DNA of 64,000 bases from Candidatus Versatilivorator sp. (GTDB taxonomy: Bacteria; Acidobacteriota; Terriglobia; Versatilivoradales; Versatilivoraceae), in assembly GCA_965207735.1 (NCBI GenBank), contig OZ242296.1, positions 4,416,001-4,480,000 of the forward strand, written 5' to 3'. The position numbers and the translations under genes are program-made. Every line of letters begins with the position of its first letter. The first letter of the stretch is position 1. This document shows positions 19,395 to 28,660 of the stretch, one piece after another. The notes under the pieces are model-generated. The model did no database searches. It was not told where the DNA came from and saw only the letters and a program-made list of their open reading frames with translations.

Positions 19395-22277
19395 ATGACA
19401 TCACCTAAGCCATTCCGTTTACACAGCCGACTCGGCTATACCTGGTGGATTCTGGCCGGGATCCTCATTGCAGTTCCCTGGTCGCTTCACTCCTCGGAGC
19501 CACCTTCCACGCTGGTGTGGCAGGAACAGACCTTCGAGGATTTCGCCGATGGCCGACTGGGCGACGGCGGTGCCAACACCTACGTCTCGGCTCGAGGCCG
19601 GATCCAACTGGTGAACAGTTGGGATCTGAACCAGGACGGCTACCTGGACCTGGTGTTTTCCAACACCCACCCCCACCGCGAGAAGATGGATGCGGCCATC
19701 TACTGGGGTAACGGCAAGGACTTCGACGGTTCGCGGCGTTCCTTCGTCCCCAACGACGGCGCCCAGAACGCGGCTGCTGCCGATCTGGACGGGGACGGCC
19801 AGATGGACCTGGTCCTGGCCAACTACACCAACGGAACCTGGGACGGCATGGATTCATACCTCTACTACGGCGGCATCCAGGAGCTCAAGGCGCGCAAGGA
19901 TGCTTCCCAATGGGGCTTTCATCCCTTCGCCCGCAAGGTGACGCTGCCCAGCCGGGCCGCCCAGCACGCGGCCGTCGAGGATCTCAACAAGGACGGCTTC
20001 CCCGACATCGTATTCGCCTTCTCTGCCGGTTTCTGGGAATATCGGGCCGCCACCGGAGGGTACGAGTCTCCCTCCAGAATCTACTGGGGTTCGGCTGACG
20101 GCTACAGCGACGACAACCAGATCGATCTCCCGGCCCTGGGCGCCTCCTCGGTCGTTATCGGGGACTTGAACCGGGACAGCTGGCCGGACATCGTGCTGGC
20201 CAATCAGGGACGGGACGGCAATCCCGATGTGGACTCCTACGTCTACTGGGGCGGGGCCAACGGGTTTGACGCCGCGCGCCGGACCGGCTTGCCCACCCAC
20301 GAGGCCAACTGGGTGACTCTGGGAGACGTGAACAACGACGGCCGCCCCGACATCGTCTTCGCCAACGGCAAGGGCTCCGCCTCCTATGCCTACCTCAACG
20401 GCTCCAAGGGCTTCAAGCCCGGCCGGCGGCTGGAACTGGCCACCAGCAACGCCAAGGCCTGCGCCGTGGCCGATCTGAACCGGGACGGCCGCAACGACGT
20501 TTTCTTTACCAACCACCACACCAGCAACAATCGTCTGACCCATTCCTACCTCTATTGGGGAGGGGAGAGCGGCTTCAGCGACGAGGGCCGGCAGGAATTC
20601 GAGACGGTGGGAGCCTGGGGGGTCTCGGTGGCCGATCTGAACCACGACCGATACCCCGAGATTATCGTCTCCAACTACAAGGAGCACTTTTCCTTCGACG
20701 TGCCCTCGATCGTTCTCTGGAACTCCGAGGGCACCTTCTCCGATGTGCGCCGCACCTCTCTCTTCACTCAGGGCGCGGTCGGCAACCTGGTCTCGGACTT
20801 CAACCAGGACGGCCATCCCGACCTGCTGTTCATGAACACGATTTCCCGCTCCCGAGGCGGCGTTGTCCCCACTTATATCTACTGGGGCAACCGGGAGGGG
20901 CGATATACACCGGAAGACCGCCTCTCACTCCCCTCGGTCGACCCCTACGAGTGGGCAGCCGCCGACCTCAACGACGACGGCTGGGTCGACTTCCTGGTCT
21001 CCAACTTCGGGGAAACGGTCCGCTGGCGTCAGGAAAGCTATATCTACTGGGGAAACTCCGAAGGGTTCTCGGTCGACAGCCGCTCGGCGCTCATGGGCGT
21101 AGGCAGCGCCGGGGCCTCCATCGCGGATCTGGACCAGGACGGTCACCTGGACGTCATCCTCAGCAACTCTCCCCGTCCGGAAGACGGAATCAAGGGAGCT
21201 TTCATCTATTGGGGGAGTCCAGAGGGCTTCGTGGTGACCCAGCGGAGCGAAGTTCCCGGCGGAGGCACCTCCACCGTCGCCGATCTCAACCTGGACGGCA
21301 GACCCGATCTGGTCTTCGGGGGCAGCGAGGGAGTGGGAATCTTCTGGAACGACGGCAGCCGCAATTTCTCCGAGAGCCGCAGGACCCTGATCCCCGACAG
21401 CAAGGGAATGCATGGATCCGAAGTGGCGGACGTCAATCGGGACTCCTATCTGGACCTGATCTTGACCCGGGGTGGTGATCTGGGGAAACGCCAGACCACC
21501 GGCTTCGTCTATTGGGGGAATTCCAGTGGGGAATACAAGAGCGAGGGGAGGCTCGAGTTCGCCACCGAGGGACTCATCACCCTGACGGTTGGCGACGTGA
21601 ACCAGGACGGTTGGCTGGATTTCATCTGCCCCAGCTACAACACGGGCTCCAGCCGGGCCACCATGACCAAGATCTACCTGGGGGGACCGGACGGCATCAG
21701 CTCCGACCGCATGTTCGAGCTACCCAGCAACGCCGGAACCGGCAGTATGGTGGCCGACTTCAACCGCGACGGCTATGCCGACATCCTGATTATCTGCCAC
21801 CGGTCCGAAGGCGATCCCAACCGGATCGGCTCCTTTGGCGACCACGTGACCGATTCCTATCTCTACTGGGGCAGTCCGGAGGGCTTCCGAGCCGACAATC
21901 GCCTGGAGATCCCCGTGCGGGGCCCCCACTTCGATTCCGTGGTGGATCTTGGCAACATCTACGATCGACGCCACGAGTTCACCTATGTCTCGTCAGCCTT
22001 CCACTATGGCGGCCGGCAACCCGCCGACCTTGCCTGGCGGGGACAGACGCCCCATGGAAGCAGCCTCCGATTTCAGCTTCGCACGGCCGCGGACGAGCAA
22101 GGCCTGGAAAAGGCCCGCTGGGAGGGACCGTCCGGCCCCGGTTCCTATTTCGAACACCCCTCGGCCCTGGCGGACCGTCCCGAGGGCCACGGCTGGATCC
22201 AGTACCGGGCCTTCCTGAACACCCCCCACGGCGCGGTCTCGCCCATCCTGGAGGAGGTTGCGCTCACCTTTCGGTAG
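19395..22277 (+). CDS. Secreted FG-GAP/VCBS repeat (beta-propeller) protein
   Basis: Signal peptide; more than 13 repeats of DLNxDGxxD...SYIYWG; GGAGG RBS. Confidence 0.88.
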   Translation: MTSPKPFRLHSRLGYTWWILAGILIAVPWSLHSSEPPSTLVWQEQTFEDFADGRLGDGGANTYVSARGRIQLVNSWDLNQDGYLDLVFSNTHPHREKMDAAIYWGNGKDFDGSRRSFVPNDGAQNAAAADLDGDGQMDLVLANYTNGTWDGMDSYLYYGGIQELKARKDASQWGFHPFARKVTLPSRAAQHAAVEDLNKDGFPDIVFAFSAGFWEYRAATGGYESPSRIYWGSADGYSDDNQIDLPALGASSVVIGDLNRDSWPDIVLANQGRDGNPDVDSYVYWGGANGFDAARRTGLPTHEANWVTLGDVNNDGRPDIVFANGKGSASYAYLNGSKGFKPGRRLELATSNAKACAVADLNRDGRNDVFFTNHHTSNNRLTHSYLYWGGESGFSDEGRQEFETVGAWGVSVADLNHDRYPEIIVSNYKEHFSFDVPSIVLWNSEGTFSDVRRTSLFTQGAVGNLVSDFNQDGHPDLLFMNTISRSRGGVVPTYIYWGNREGRYTPEDRLSLPSVDPYEWAAADLNDDGWVDFLVSNFGETVRWRQESYIYWGNSEGFSVDSRSALMGVGSAGASIADLDQDGHLDVILSNSPRPEDGIKGAFIYWGSPEGFVVTQRSEVPGGGTSTVADLNLDGRPDLVFGGSEGVGIFWNDGSRNFSESRRTLIPDSKGMHGSEVADVNRDSYLDLILTRGGDLGKRQTTGFVYWGNSSGEYKSEGRLEFATEGLITLTVGDVNQDGWLDFICPSYNTGSSRATMTKIYLGGPDGISSDRMFELPSNAGTGSMVADFNRDGYADILIICHRSEGDPNRIGSFGDHVTDSYLYWGSPEGFRADNRLEIPVRGPHFDSVVDLGNIYDRRHEFTYVSSAFHYGGRQPADLAWRGQTPHGSSLRFQLRTAADEQGLEKARWEGPSGPGSYFEHPSALADRPEGHGWIQYRAFLNTPHGAVSPILEEVALTFR

Positions 22278-22307
22278 GACCAGAGCCGCCCGCAGGGATC
22301 ATGCCCC

Positions 22308-23099
22308 TCAGTCGTCCCAGGTGCCGCGGGCGTTGATGCCGCCGTCGACGCAGACGTATTCGCCGGTCATGAAGGAAGCCCGATCGCTCACCAGGAAGAC
22401 CAGCACGTTGGCGATCTCCTCCGGACCGGCGGTCCGGCCCAGCGGATGGGCCGCGCCCAGCTTGGCTCTCAGCTCAGCCACGTCGCCCCCCGAGGCCTCG
22501 AAGGCCTCCTGCTGCAGGGGGGTGTCCACGCCGCCGGGACAGATGGCAAGCACCCGGATGTTGTCGGCGGCAAAATCCAGGGCCAGGTTGCGGGTCAAGG
22601 AGAGGATGCCTCCCTTGCTGGCCGCATAGGCCGGGACCTTCTTCATGGATTGCAGGCCCTGCACGCTGGCCATGTTGACGATCACGCCTCCGCCCCGGAG
22701 CCTCATCTCCGGAATGGCGAACTTGGACATCAGGAAGAAGCTTTTGAGATTGACGTCGATGATCCGATCCCAGAGCACCTCCGGTGTGTCCACGGCATTC
22801 ATGTAGGAACTCGGCGGCTGGATTCCGACGTTGTTGACCAGTATGTCGACTCCGCCGTAGGATTGGGCGGCATAGCCGACCACCCCGGCCGCCTCCCCGG
22901 AGTCGGACACGTCGGCCGCCACGGGCTGGACCGCCAGCCCGTCGTCCTCGGCCATTCCCAGTAGCTCCTGGTTGGCAGCTCGATCGATATCGGCATATAC
23001 GACCGACGCTCCCTCCCTACCCAGGGCCAGCGTGCAGGCGCGGCCGATGCCCTTGGCACCGCCGGTCACGATAGCCACCTTGCCTTTCAGCCCTTCCAT
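22308..23099 (-). CDS. Short-chain dehydrogenase/reductase
   Basis: TGGAKGIG, LVNNVG and YAASK motifs. Confidence 0.92.
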   Translation of the reverse strand: MEGLKGKVAIVTGGAKGIGRACTLALGREGASVVYADIDRAANQELLGMAEDDGLAVQPVAADVSDSGEAAGVVGYAAQSYGGVDILVNNVGIQPPSSYMNAVDTPEVLWDRIIDVNLKSFFLMSKFAIPEMRLRGGGVIVNMASVQGLQSMKKVPAYAASKGGILSLTRNLALDFAADNIRVLAICPGGVDTPLQQEAFEASGGDVAELRAKLGAAHPLGRTAGPEEIANVLVFLVSDRASFMTGEYVCVDGGINARGTWDD

Positions 23100-23154
23100 G
23101 GAATGCCTCCTCTCATTGTGAACTCTCCCCCGACCGAAAACTGGAGCCCTTCCA

Positions 23155-23528
23155 GGCTGGTCCCCCCGCGCTGCCGTGCGGATCATACGAGGGTGAAACA
23201 ACGAATCTTCATGTCCTGCCGGGAATAAGGGCCATGGCGTCGCGTTGACCGGATGTAGGCAGATAGCGCGGAACTTGTGCGACATGTTCGGGAGTCAACG
23301 CCTTGCAAGCTTTCAGTGTGCTGCTCTTGTTGTGTTTTTGTGCCTTTTGTGGCCATTCCCGGCAAGGGTCCCGCCGCTGAATTTTGCAAAAGGCTGGAGA
23401 GTGAAACAATCGGAAATCGACCATTCCTTCGCGACCTTGGCATCCCATCGCGGTTAACCTCAGCACCTTAGTGGCCCTTCGTCGTTCTTAGTGGCCCTTC
23501 GTGGATCACTCTTTTTTTTTCCAGGTAA
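23155..23528 (+). repeat. Family A repeat, interrupted copy containing an orphan IS terminal repeat (23379-23395)
   Basis: GCCGTGCGGATCATACGAGGGTGAAACAA and GAGAGTGAAACAATCGGAAATCGACC...GTGGATCACTC match the 56-57 kb array. Confidence 0.8.
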
Positions 23529-23896
23529 GCGGCAAAGCGAGGAACCGACACACGCGTTCGCTCGTGCCAGCCTTCGGCGATCTTCTCGACCTCGTCGAAC
23601 GCTTCCAGTTGAAACCGGATTCTCCGCCCCTTGACCTCGACGACCCGGGTCTTCAGGGTGACCTTCATGCCCAGAGGCGTGGGAGCCAGGTGCTTCAGGT
23701 CCATGGCCGTTCCAACCGTCTCTTCATCCTGGCCCAGCAATGGGGCGGCTGCCTCTCGGGAGGCCATCTCCAGCCACATGATCAGGGAGGGAGTGGAAAG
23801 CACGGGCTGGACCCCGGGGCCCATGAAGTCGATGCACACCGGCTTCTTGACCACCCGGGTCCGCTCCAGCTTAATATTCTGCTCTGGATTCGCCAT
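23468..23896 (-). CDS. Hotdog-fold thioesterase (FlK/fluoroacetyl-CoA thioesterase-like)
   Basis: VLSTPSLIMWLE, TVGT, HLAPTPLG and EGWHER motifs. Confidence 0.85.
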   Translation of the reverse strand: MANPEQNIKLERTRVVKKPVCIDFMGPGVQPVLSTPSLIMWLEMASREAAAPLLGQDEETVGTAMDLKHLAPTPLGMKVTLKTRVVEVKGRRIRFQLEAFDEVEKIAEGWHERTRVSVPRFAAYLEKKRVIHEGPLRTTKGH

Positions 23897-23975
23897 GGGT
23901 CCTGGCTCGGCCCTGGGCCGGTGGGGGATGCCGGTCCACAGGACGCCCGCGTATCCCCCGCAGGCCCGTCCGGCT

Positions 23976-24992
23976 CTACTTGGGGGGTAAGTGATACCCC
24001 TCTTTCTTGGTCCTGACCCGCTGGAGCTTGTCGCCCGAAGTGATGTAGAGCGTCTTGAGCTCCTTTCCGCGGCCAAAACCCACGTTGGTCGGCAGATCGG
24101 GCGTGCGAAGGTAGTCAAGCTCCTTGCCCTCGGGAGAGTAGACGTAGATGCCGGGCCGAGTCTGATCCCGAACCGCCACATAGAGGTTGCCCTCCGCGTC
24201 CACCACCAGTCCGTCGGGTCCGTCCTGCGGATAGTAGTCCACCAGCGTCTTCCTGAAGGTTGCCGTTCCTTCGGGACTCAGGTCGTAGGCCAAAAGGGCC
24301 ATCCTGCCCTTGTGGAAGGGAAGATCGGTGGAAAACTGGAAGATGTCGAAGTTGCCGTTGTCGTTGGACACCACGTAGAGGGTCTTCTGGTCGGGGGAGA
24401 CGCAAACCCCGTTGGGTTTTCCGGCATCGGTGACGATCTGGTGAATCGATCCGTCGGGATCGATCCGATAGACCGCCATCACTCCCTGTTCCATGGGCTC
24501 GTGGCCGACATAGCGGGGATCGGAGAAGTAGATCCGGCCCTTGAGGTCGATGCTGACGTCATTGGGGGCGTTGAACCGTCTTCCGTTATAGAAGCCGCCG
24601 ATGATCACGCTCTTGCCGGTCTTCATGTCCGTTCGAATGACACGCCGCCCCCCGAAGTCCGCCCCTTCGGCCACGATCATGTTCCCCTGAGCATCGAACT
24701 TGATGCCGTTGGACATGCCGCTGGGGGATCGATAGACGCTGACTTTACCGGTCCCGGGGTCGTACTTCATCACGTGACCCGCCTGCATGCCCGCGGTTCG
24801 GGTAAAGGTGATGTCACTGAAATAGATGGTTCCGTCGGGCGCGGCAGCCGCGCCCTCGGTGAGGACCCCGCCGGTGAACAGGGTTTCCAGGGTGTCATGT
24901 TCAAAATAGGCGGACTGGCCGGCGGCAACAGCCCACCAGGCGCCATGCAGCATCGCCAACGACAAAAACAGGAACTGAACGGTTCGAAGCAT
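23976..24992 (-). CDS. SMP-30/gluconolactonase/LRE family protein
   Basis: TEG, FNAPND, PNGVCVSPD, GPDG and PTNVGFG motifs; signal peptide. Confidence 0.9.
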   Translation of the reverse strand: MLRTVQFLFLSLAMLHGAWWAVAAGQSAYFEHDTLETLFTGGVLTEGAAAAPDGTIYFSDITFTRTAGMQAGHVMKYDPGTGKVSVYRSPSGMSNGIKFDAQGNMIVAEGADFGGRRVIRTDMKTGKSVIIGGFYNGRRFNAPNDVSIDLKGRIYFSDPRYVGHEPMEQGVMAVYRIDPDGSIHQIVTDAGKPNGVCVSPDQKTLYVVSNDNGNFDIFQFSTDLPFHKGRMALLAYDLSPEGTATFRKTLVDYYPQDGPDGLVVDAEGNLYVAVRDQTRPGIYVYSPEGKELDYLRTPDLPTNVGFGRGKELKTLYITSGDKLQRVRTKKEGYHLPPK

Positions 24993-25210
24993 CGGCTTAC
25001 CTTTCTTCAGGCTGGAAAACCCTCATCACAGTGATCGAAACGGTGCCGGGTATTCTATCAACCTCTGTCAAACGACTCGGAGGTTGGCCCCCGCTTCCGG
25101 GCCATTTCTTTTTTTGAGGGAAAGGCCATCGGACAGGATAAAATAGCCGGTAGTATCTACTGGCAGCAGCATTCTCTTTCGCCCGGCTGGTCCCTTGCGA
25201 GAGGATCGAG

Positions 25211-26224
25211 GTGAGCTTGACCACTCCTCCTTCAAGATCGGCGGCTCTCGGAGTCATGCTGGCTTTGTGCCTCGGGGTCCTGGCGATCCCGGTTACCTTC
25301 CGGGCCGAGGCCCTCCCCAAGTCTCAGGAGTCCGGCAAACCTCAACTCAAGCGGCGGTCTCGCCTGGAGATCCTGCAAACGCTCATCAAGTCCAGGCGTT
25401 GGGACCAGGCCGAGAGGGTGGCCACCCGACTCCTGGCCGGCTCCCCCGACAATCCGCGGGCTCTTTTCCTGGCTGGAATGGTCCAGTTTAGTCAGGCCCG
25501 CTATGGCCGCGCCATCCCCCTTCTGAAACAGGCCCAGGATCTTCGGTCCGAAATCCCCGGTCTGGCCAAGACTCTGGCCATCTGCTACTTCTCGGCCAGG
25601 CAGCACCGGCTCTTCGAGTCCCAGATGGAGCACGCCTTCCTCCAGACCCCCACCGATCCCGAGCTTTCCTTTTTCTGGGGACTCCACCAGATATCGGTGA
25701 ACGACAATCCCCAGGCCGCCGTCAAAGCCTTCGACAATGCCCTGCGGCTCCGACCCAGCTACGTTCAGGCGCTCTACCACAGAGGCCGGGCCTTCCAGAA
25801 GATGGGTCGCAAGGACAAGGCCCGTAAAGACTTCGAAGCAAGCATTGCCCTCATCGAGCAAACCTTCTTTCGAGGCTACAGCTATCCCTATCAGAGCATG
25901 GCCCGCCTACTGCTGGAAGACTCCCCCAAGGGGGCCCTCCGCTTCGCCCTGAAATCGGTGGAAGTTCAGCCAAGGCTGAAGAACACCCACATTCTGGTGG
26001 GAGAGATTCACTGGCGCCTGGGACAGTTCAAGAAAGCCACCGAGGCTTTCGAGGACGCTACCTACCTGGACCCGGAGGATCCCCGGCTGCACTATTGGCT
26101 GCACCTCCTCTACCAGCGAATGGGGAAAAAGAAAGCCTCGGAAATGGCGCTGGTGGAGTTTCAGCGGTTGAATCCGTCCGAGGGCGACGCACCTCAACCC
26201 TCCACGCCGGTGGCCACCCCCTGA
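25211..26224 (+). CDS. Tetratricopeptide repeat protein
   Basis: Signal-like N-terminus and several ~34-aa helical TPR-like repeats. Confidence 0.8.
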   Translation: MSLTTPPSRSAALGVMLALCLGVLAIPVTFRAEALPKSQESGKPQLKRRSRLEILQTLIKSRRWDQAERVATRLLAGSPDNPRALFLAGMVQFSQARYGRAIPLLKQAQDLRSEIPGLAKTLAICYFSARQHRLFESQMEHAFLQTPTDPELSFFWGLHQISVNDNPQAAVKAFDNALRLRPSYVQALYHRGRAFQKMGRKDKARKDFEASIALIEQTFFRGYSYPYQSMARLLLEDSPKGALRFALKSVEVQPRLKNTHILVGEIHWRLGQFKKATEAFEDATYLDPEDPRLHYWLHLLYQRMGKKKASEMALVEFQRLNPSEGDAPQPSTPVATP

Positions 26225-26259
26225 ATTCCTGAACGGGGCTTTTGCAAAAGGCGCAAGGC

Positions 26260-28170
26260 TCAACCGATTATTCGGAATTCTCCGGCTCGGCGGGTCACAC
26301 GTTCCCGGTCCAGGTGTTCCAGCAGAGGGATGGCGTACTTGCGGGTGACATCGGCCAGTTTCTTGAAGGTAGGAACATCGATTCGGTCTCGCTGCTTCTT
26401 GTACTCCCTCAGCTTTCTCTTGACCTCCTCGATGGAGTCGGTATGGAAGAACAGCGTCTCGTTCACCTTGACCAGCTTCTTTTGGCGAGTCAGCAGGACC
26501 ACCAGCCGCCTGGCCTGTTCCTGGGGGAGGGCGACCTCCCGGATGACCTCCTCGACCGAAGGGACCTGGAGACCCGAGCCACGGAAAGCCTGTTCGATTC
26601 TATCCAGAGCCCAGGCCTCATCCGCGCTCAAGCGAACCCCGGAGCCCTTGAGCCGCACCCGATCCTGGTCCAACTCGACCAGGTCCCGGTCGCACAAGTG
26701 GGCCAATACCGATTTGAACACGGTCTGTGTCAGGCCGGCGAACAGGCTGGAGTGGAGCTGCTCCCTCGGGAGTCCCACCGACAGGGGTTGGCGCTGCTGA
26801 TAGTCCCGGATGAAGGCCAGGGACTGGCGGCAGAGACCATCGAAGCACTCCCGATCCATTACCTGCAAGGGAAGCCGAGCCAGCCGCCACACCCGTCCCT
26901 CTTCAACGAGAAGAGACAAGACCTCGCGGACGGTGGTCCTGGTTAAAGGCAGTTGGGAGAGAATTCGGTCTTCATCGATGACTCCACTGGCCTCTCGACC
27001 GGCCAGTTGTCCGATCATGGTCTTCGGATCTTCCGAATCCATGGACTGCAGGAACTCCAGTCGCCGGTCCAGATCCCGACTTCGACGGCGGCGCGGCGGA
27101 AAGATATCCAGGACCGCTCCCCCTCCGACCGTGATCATGGGCGAGGTCCGGCGCAGGATGAAGGAATCGCCCACCAAGGCCAGCACCGGCTTCTCCAGCT
27201 CCAGGTGCACCATGCCCGTTTGACCCGGGACAAGCATTTTCGGTTGCAGCGGGCGGACTTCTGCCAGGACTTCAGACGTGCCCAGGTGGAACCTCACCCG
27301 GCTGCGATTCCTGAGCGGCACCGGCGAAGACTCCAGCAGCGACAGGCGGCAATCGCAGCGCGAGACGGCCCGGTAGCGGCCGCAGACCGAGAGTTGCACG
27401 CCCCGGTGGACTTCGCCGACGTCCACCCCCTGCAGGTTCAGGGCCGTGCGCTGTCCGGCCTGGGCTCGATCGACCTCCCGGGAATAGACCTGCAGGTGGC
27501 GCACCCGCGACCGCTTCCCGGTCGGATAGAGTTCGACCTCTCCCTCTTTTTGAATCGCGCCGCTCACCAGCGTTCCGGTGACGACCGTTCCGAATCCCCT
27601 GGAGCTGAAGCAGCGATCGACCGGCAACCGAAAGGGGAGATCCGGATTGCGGGGGGGCAAGGCTTCACCCAGCTCGGACAGGGCTTGCCTGATGGGATCC
27701 AGCCCCTCTCGACTGGAGGCGCTGAAGGGAATGACGGGGGCTCCTTCCAGAAAGGAGCCGCGCAAGTAGTCCTGCAGTTCCAACTGAACCAGCTCGACGA
27801 TCTCCCGATCGACCAGATCGCACTTGGTAATCACCACCACCCCTCGCGGGATGGCAAGAAGCCTGCAGATGTCGAAGTGTTCCCGGGTCTGCGGCATGAC
27901 CGACTCATTGGCCGCCACCACCAGCAGCACCGCATCGATTCCTCCAACGCCGGCCAGCATGTTCTTGACGAAGCGTTCGTGGCCGGGAACGTCCACGAAG
28001 CCCACTCTCAACCGGTCGCCGAGCTGCAGGCTGGCAAACCCCAGATCGATGGTGATCCCCCGCTCTTTTTCCTCTTTGAGGCGGTCAGGATCCACACCCG
28101 TCAGGACTTTGATCAGGGTACTTTTGCCATGATCGATATGGCCGGCCGTCCCCACTACAATGTGCTTCAT
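26260..28170 (-). CDS. selB: Selenocysteine-specific elongation factor
   Basis: [32 protein letters not shown] and C-terminal winged helix [18 protein letters not shown]. Confidence 0.95.
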   Translation of the reverse strand: MKHIVVGTAGHIDHGKSTLIKVLTGVDPDRLKEEKERGITIDLGFASLQLGDRLRVGFVDVPGHERFVKNMLAGVGGIDAVLLVVAANESVMPQTREHFDICRLLAIPRGVVVITKCDLVDREIVELVQLELQDYLRGSFLEGAPVIPFSASSREGLDPIRQALSELGEALPPRNPDLPFRLPVDRCFSSRGFGTVVTGTLVSGAIQKEGEVELYPTGKRSRVRHLQVYSREVDRAQAGQRTALNLQGVDVGEVHRGVQLSVCGRYRAVSRCDCRLSLLESSPVPLRNRSRVRFHLGTSEVLAEVRPLQPKMLVPGQTGMVHLELEKPVLALVGDSFILRRTSPMITVGGGAVLDIFPPRRRRSRDLDRRLEFLQSMDSEDPKTMIGQLAGREASGVIDEDRILSQLPLTRTTVREVLSLLVEEGRVWRLARLPLQVMDRECFDGLCRQSLAFIRDYQQRQPLSVGLPREQLHSSLFAGLTQTVFKSVLAHLCDRDLVELDQDRVRLKGSGVRLSADEAWALDRIEQAFRGSGLQVPSVEEVIREVALPQEQARRLVVLLTRQKKLVKVNETLFFHTDSIEEVKRKLREYKKQRDRIDVPTFKKLADVTRKYAIPLLEHLDRERVTRRAGEFRIIG

Positions 28171-28202
28171 GGCCCGCTGCAGGACTTAGTGATTTTTTTT
28201 AC

Positions 28203-28230
28203 TTGACAGATAAGAAATATAGTTTACACT
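28203..28230 (+). promoter_or_regulatory. Putative sigma70 promoter (TTGACA-16-TACACT) pointing into an intergenic region with no credible + strand ORF
   Basis: Near-consensus hexamers in an AT-rich patch, divergent from selB. Confidence 0.55.
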
Positions 28231-28236
28231 CAAAGT

Positions 28237-28412
28237 CAACTTAGCTCGGTTTCCAGTGACGCCCATTTAGAAAGCTATTACACCCGCGCTGGGCGTGACA
28301 AGGGAACCCTCTGGTAGCAGAGGTTCCTGAAGGAAAAAGGGCCCCTTTCATTAACGAAGTCAGTCCATCTATTCGCTGTCCTTTCTGGGCAGCCGACCAG
28401 GTATTTTTTTTC
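28237..28412 (+). ncRNA. Candidate structured small RNA
   Basis: Follows the promoter; several hairpins; ends in a T-run; no credible ORF on this strand; no family recognised. Confidence 0.4.
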
Positions 28413-28444
28413 ACTTCACTGCTTTTAAGCACACCTAGGCTTTC

Positions 28445-28480
28445 CCCCTCCCGCCAAGTGCGGGAGGGGCGAATCTTTTT
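28445..28480. terminator. Intrinsic terminator-like hairpin
   Basis: Perfect 10-bp stem CCCCTCCCGC-caagt-GCGGGAGGGG with a T-run shortly after. Confidence 0.5.
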
Positions 28481-28660
28481 CCCCGTCCTCGGGAGGACAC
28501 CCAGCTTCGCCGGCCGAGTAGTGTTCTGTCTCAAAAATAGGGTTGCCATATTTCGGGGCGCAACGGCACCTGTTGGCTGAAACACAACCAACTTCTCCTG
28601 GCGACCGTTCCCCTGTGGAACCTCCGTCGGAGATGGTCACCTTGTTTCTGAGACAGGACG

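Noticed and set aside
25145-25163. Near-palindrome GCCGGTAG-TAT-CTACTGGC in a divergent promoter region
   Set aside because: Single imperfect occurrence with no regulator nearby; insufficient support.
26239-26252. TTTTGCAAAAGGC as a third IS terminal repeat
   Set aside because: Only a 13-bp, largely palindromic match between convergent genes; it could be chance or part of a terminator.
28241-28640. ORFs 28241..28591 and 28425..28640 (-)
   Set aside because: No recognisable motifs, atypical codon use, and they overlap strong hairpins.
28171-28660. tRNA-Sec, RNase P RNA, tmRNA or SRP RNA next to selB
   Set aside because: I found no CTTCAAA anticodon loop with a T-arm, no GAGGAAAGTCC, no tRNA-like CCA end and no SRP GGAA/AGCAG core on either strand.
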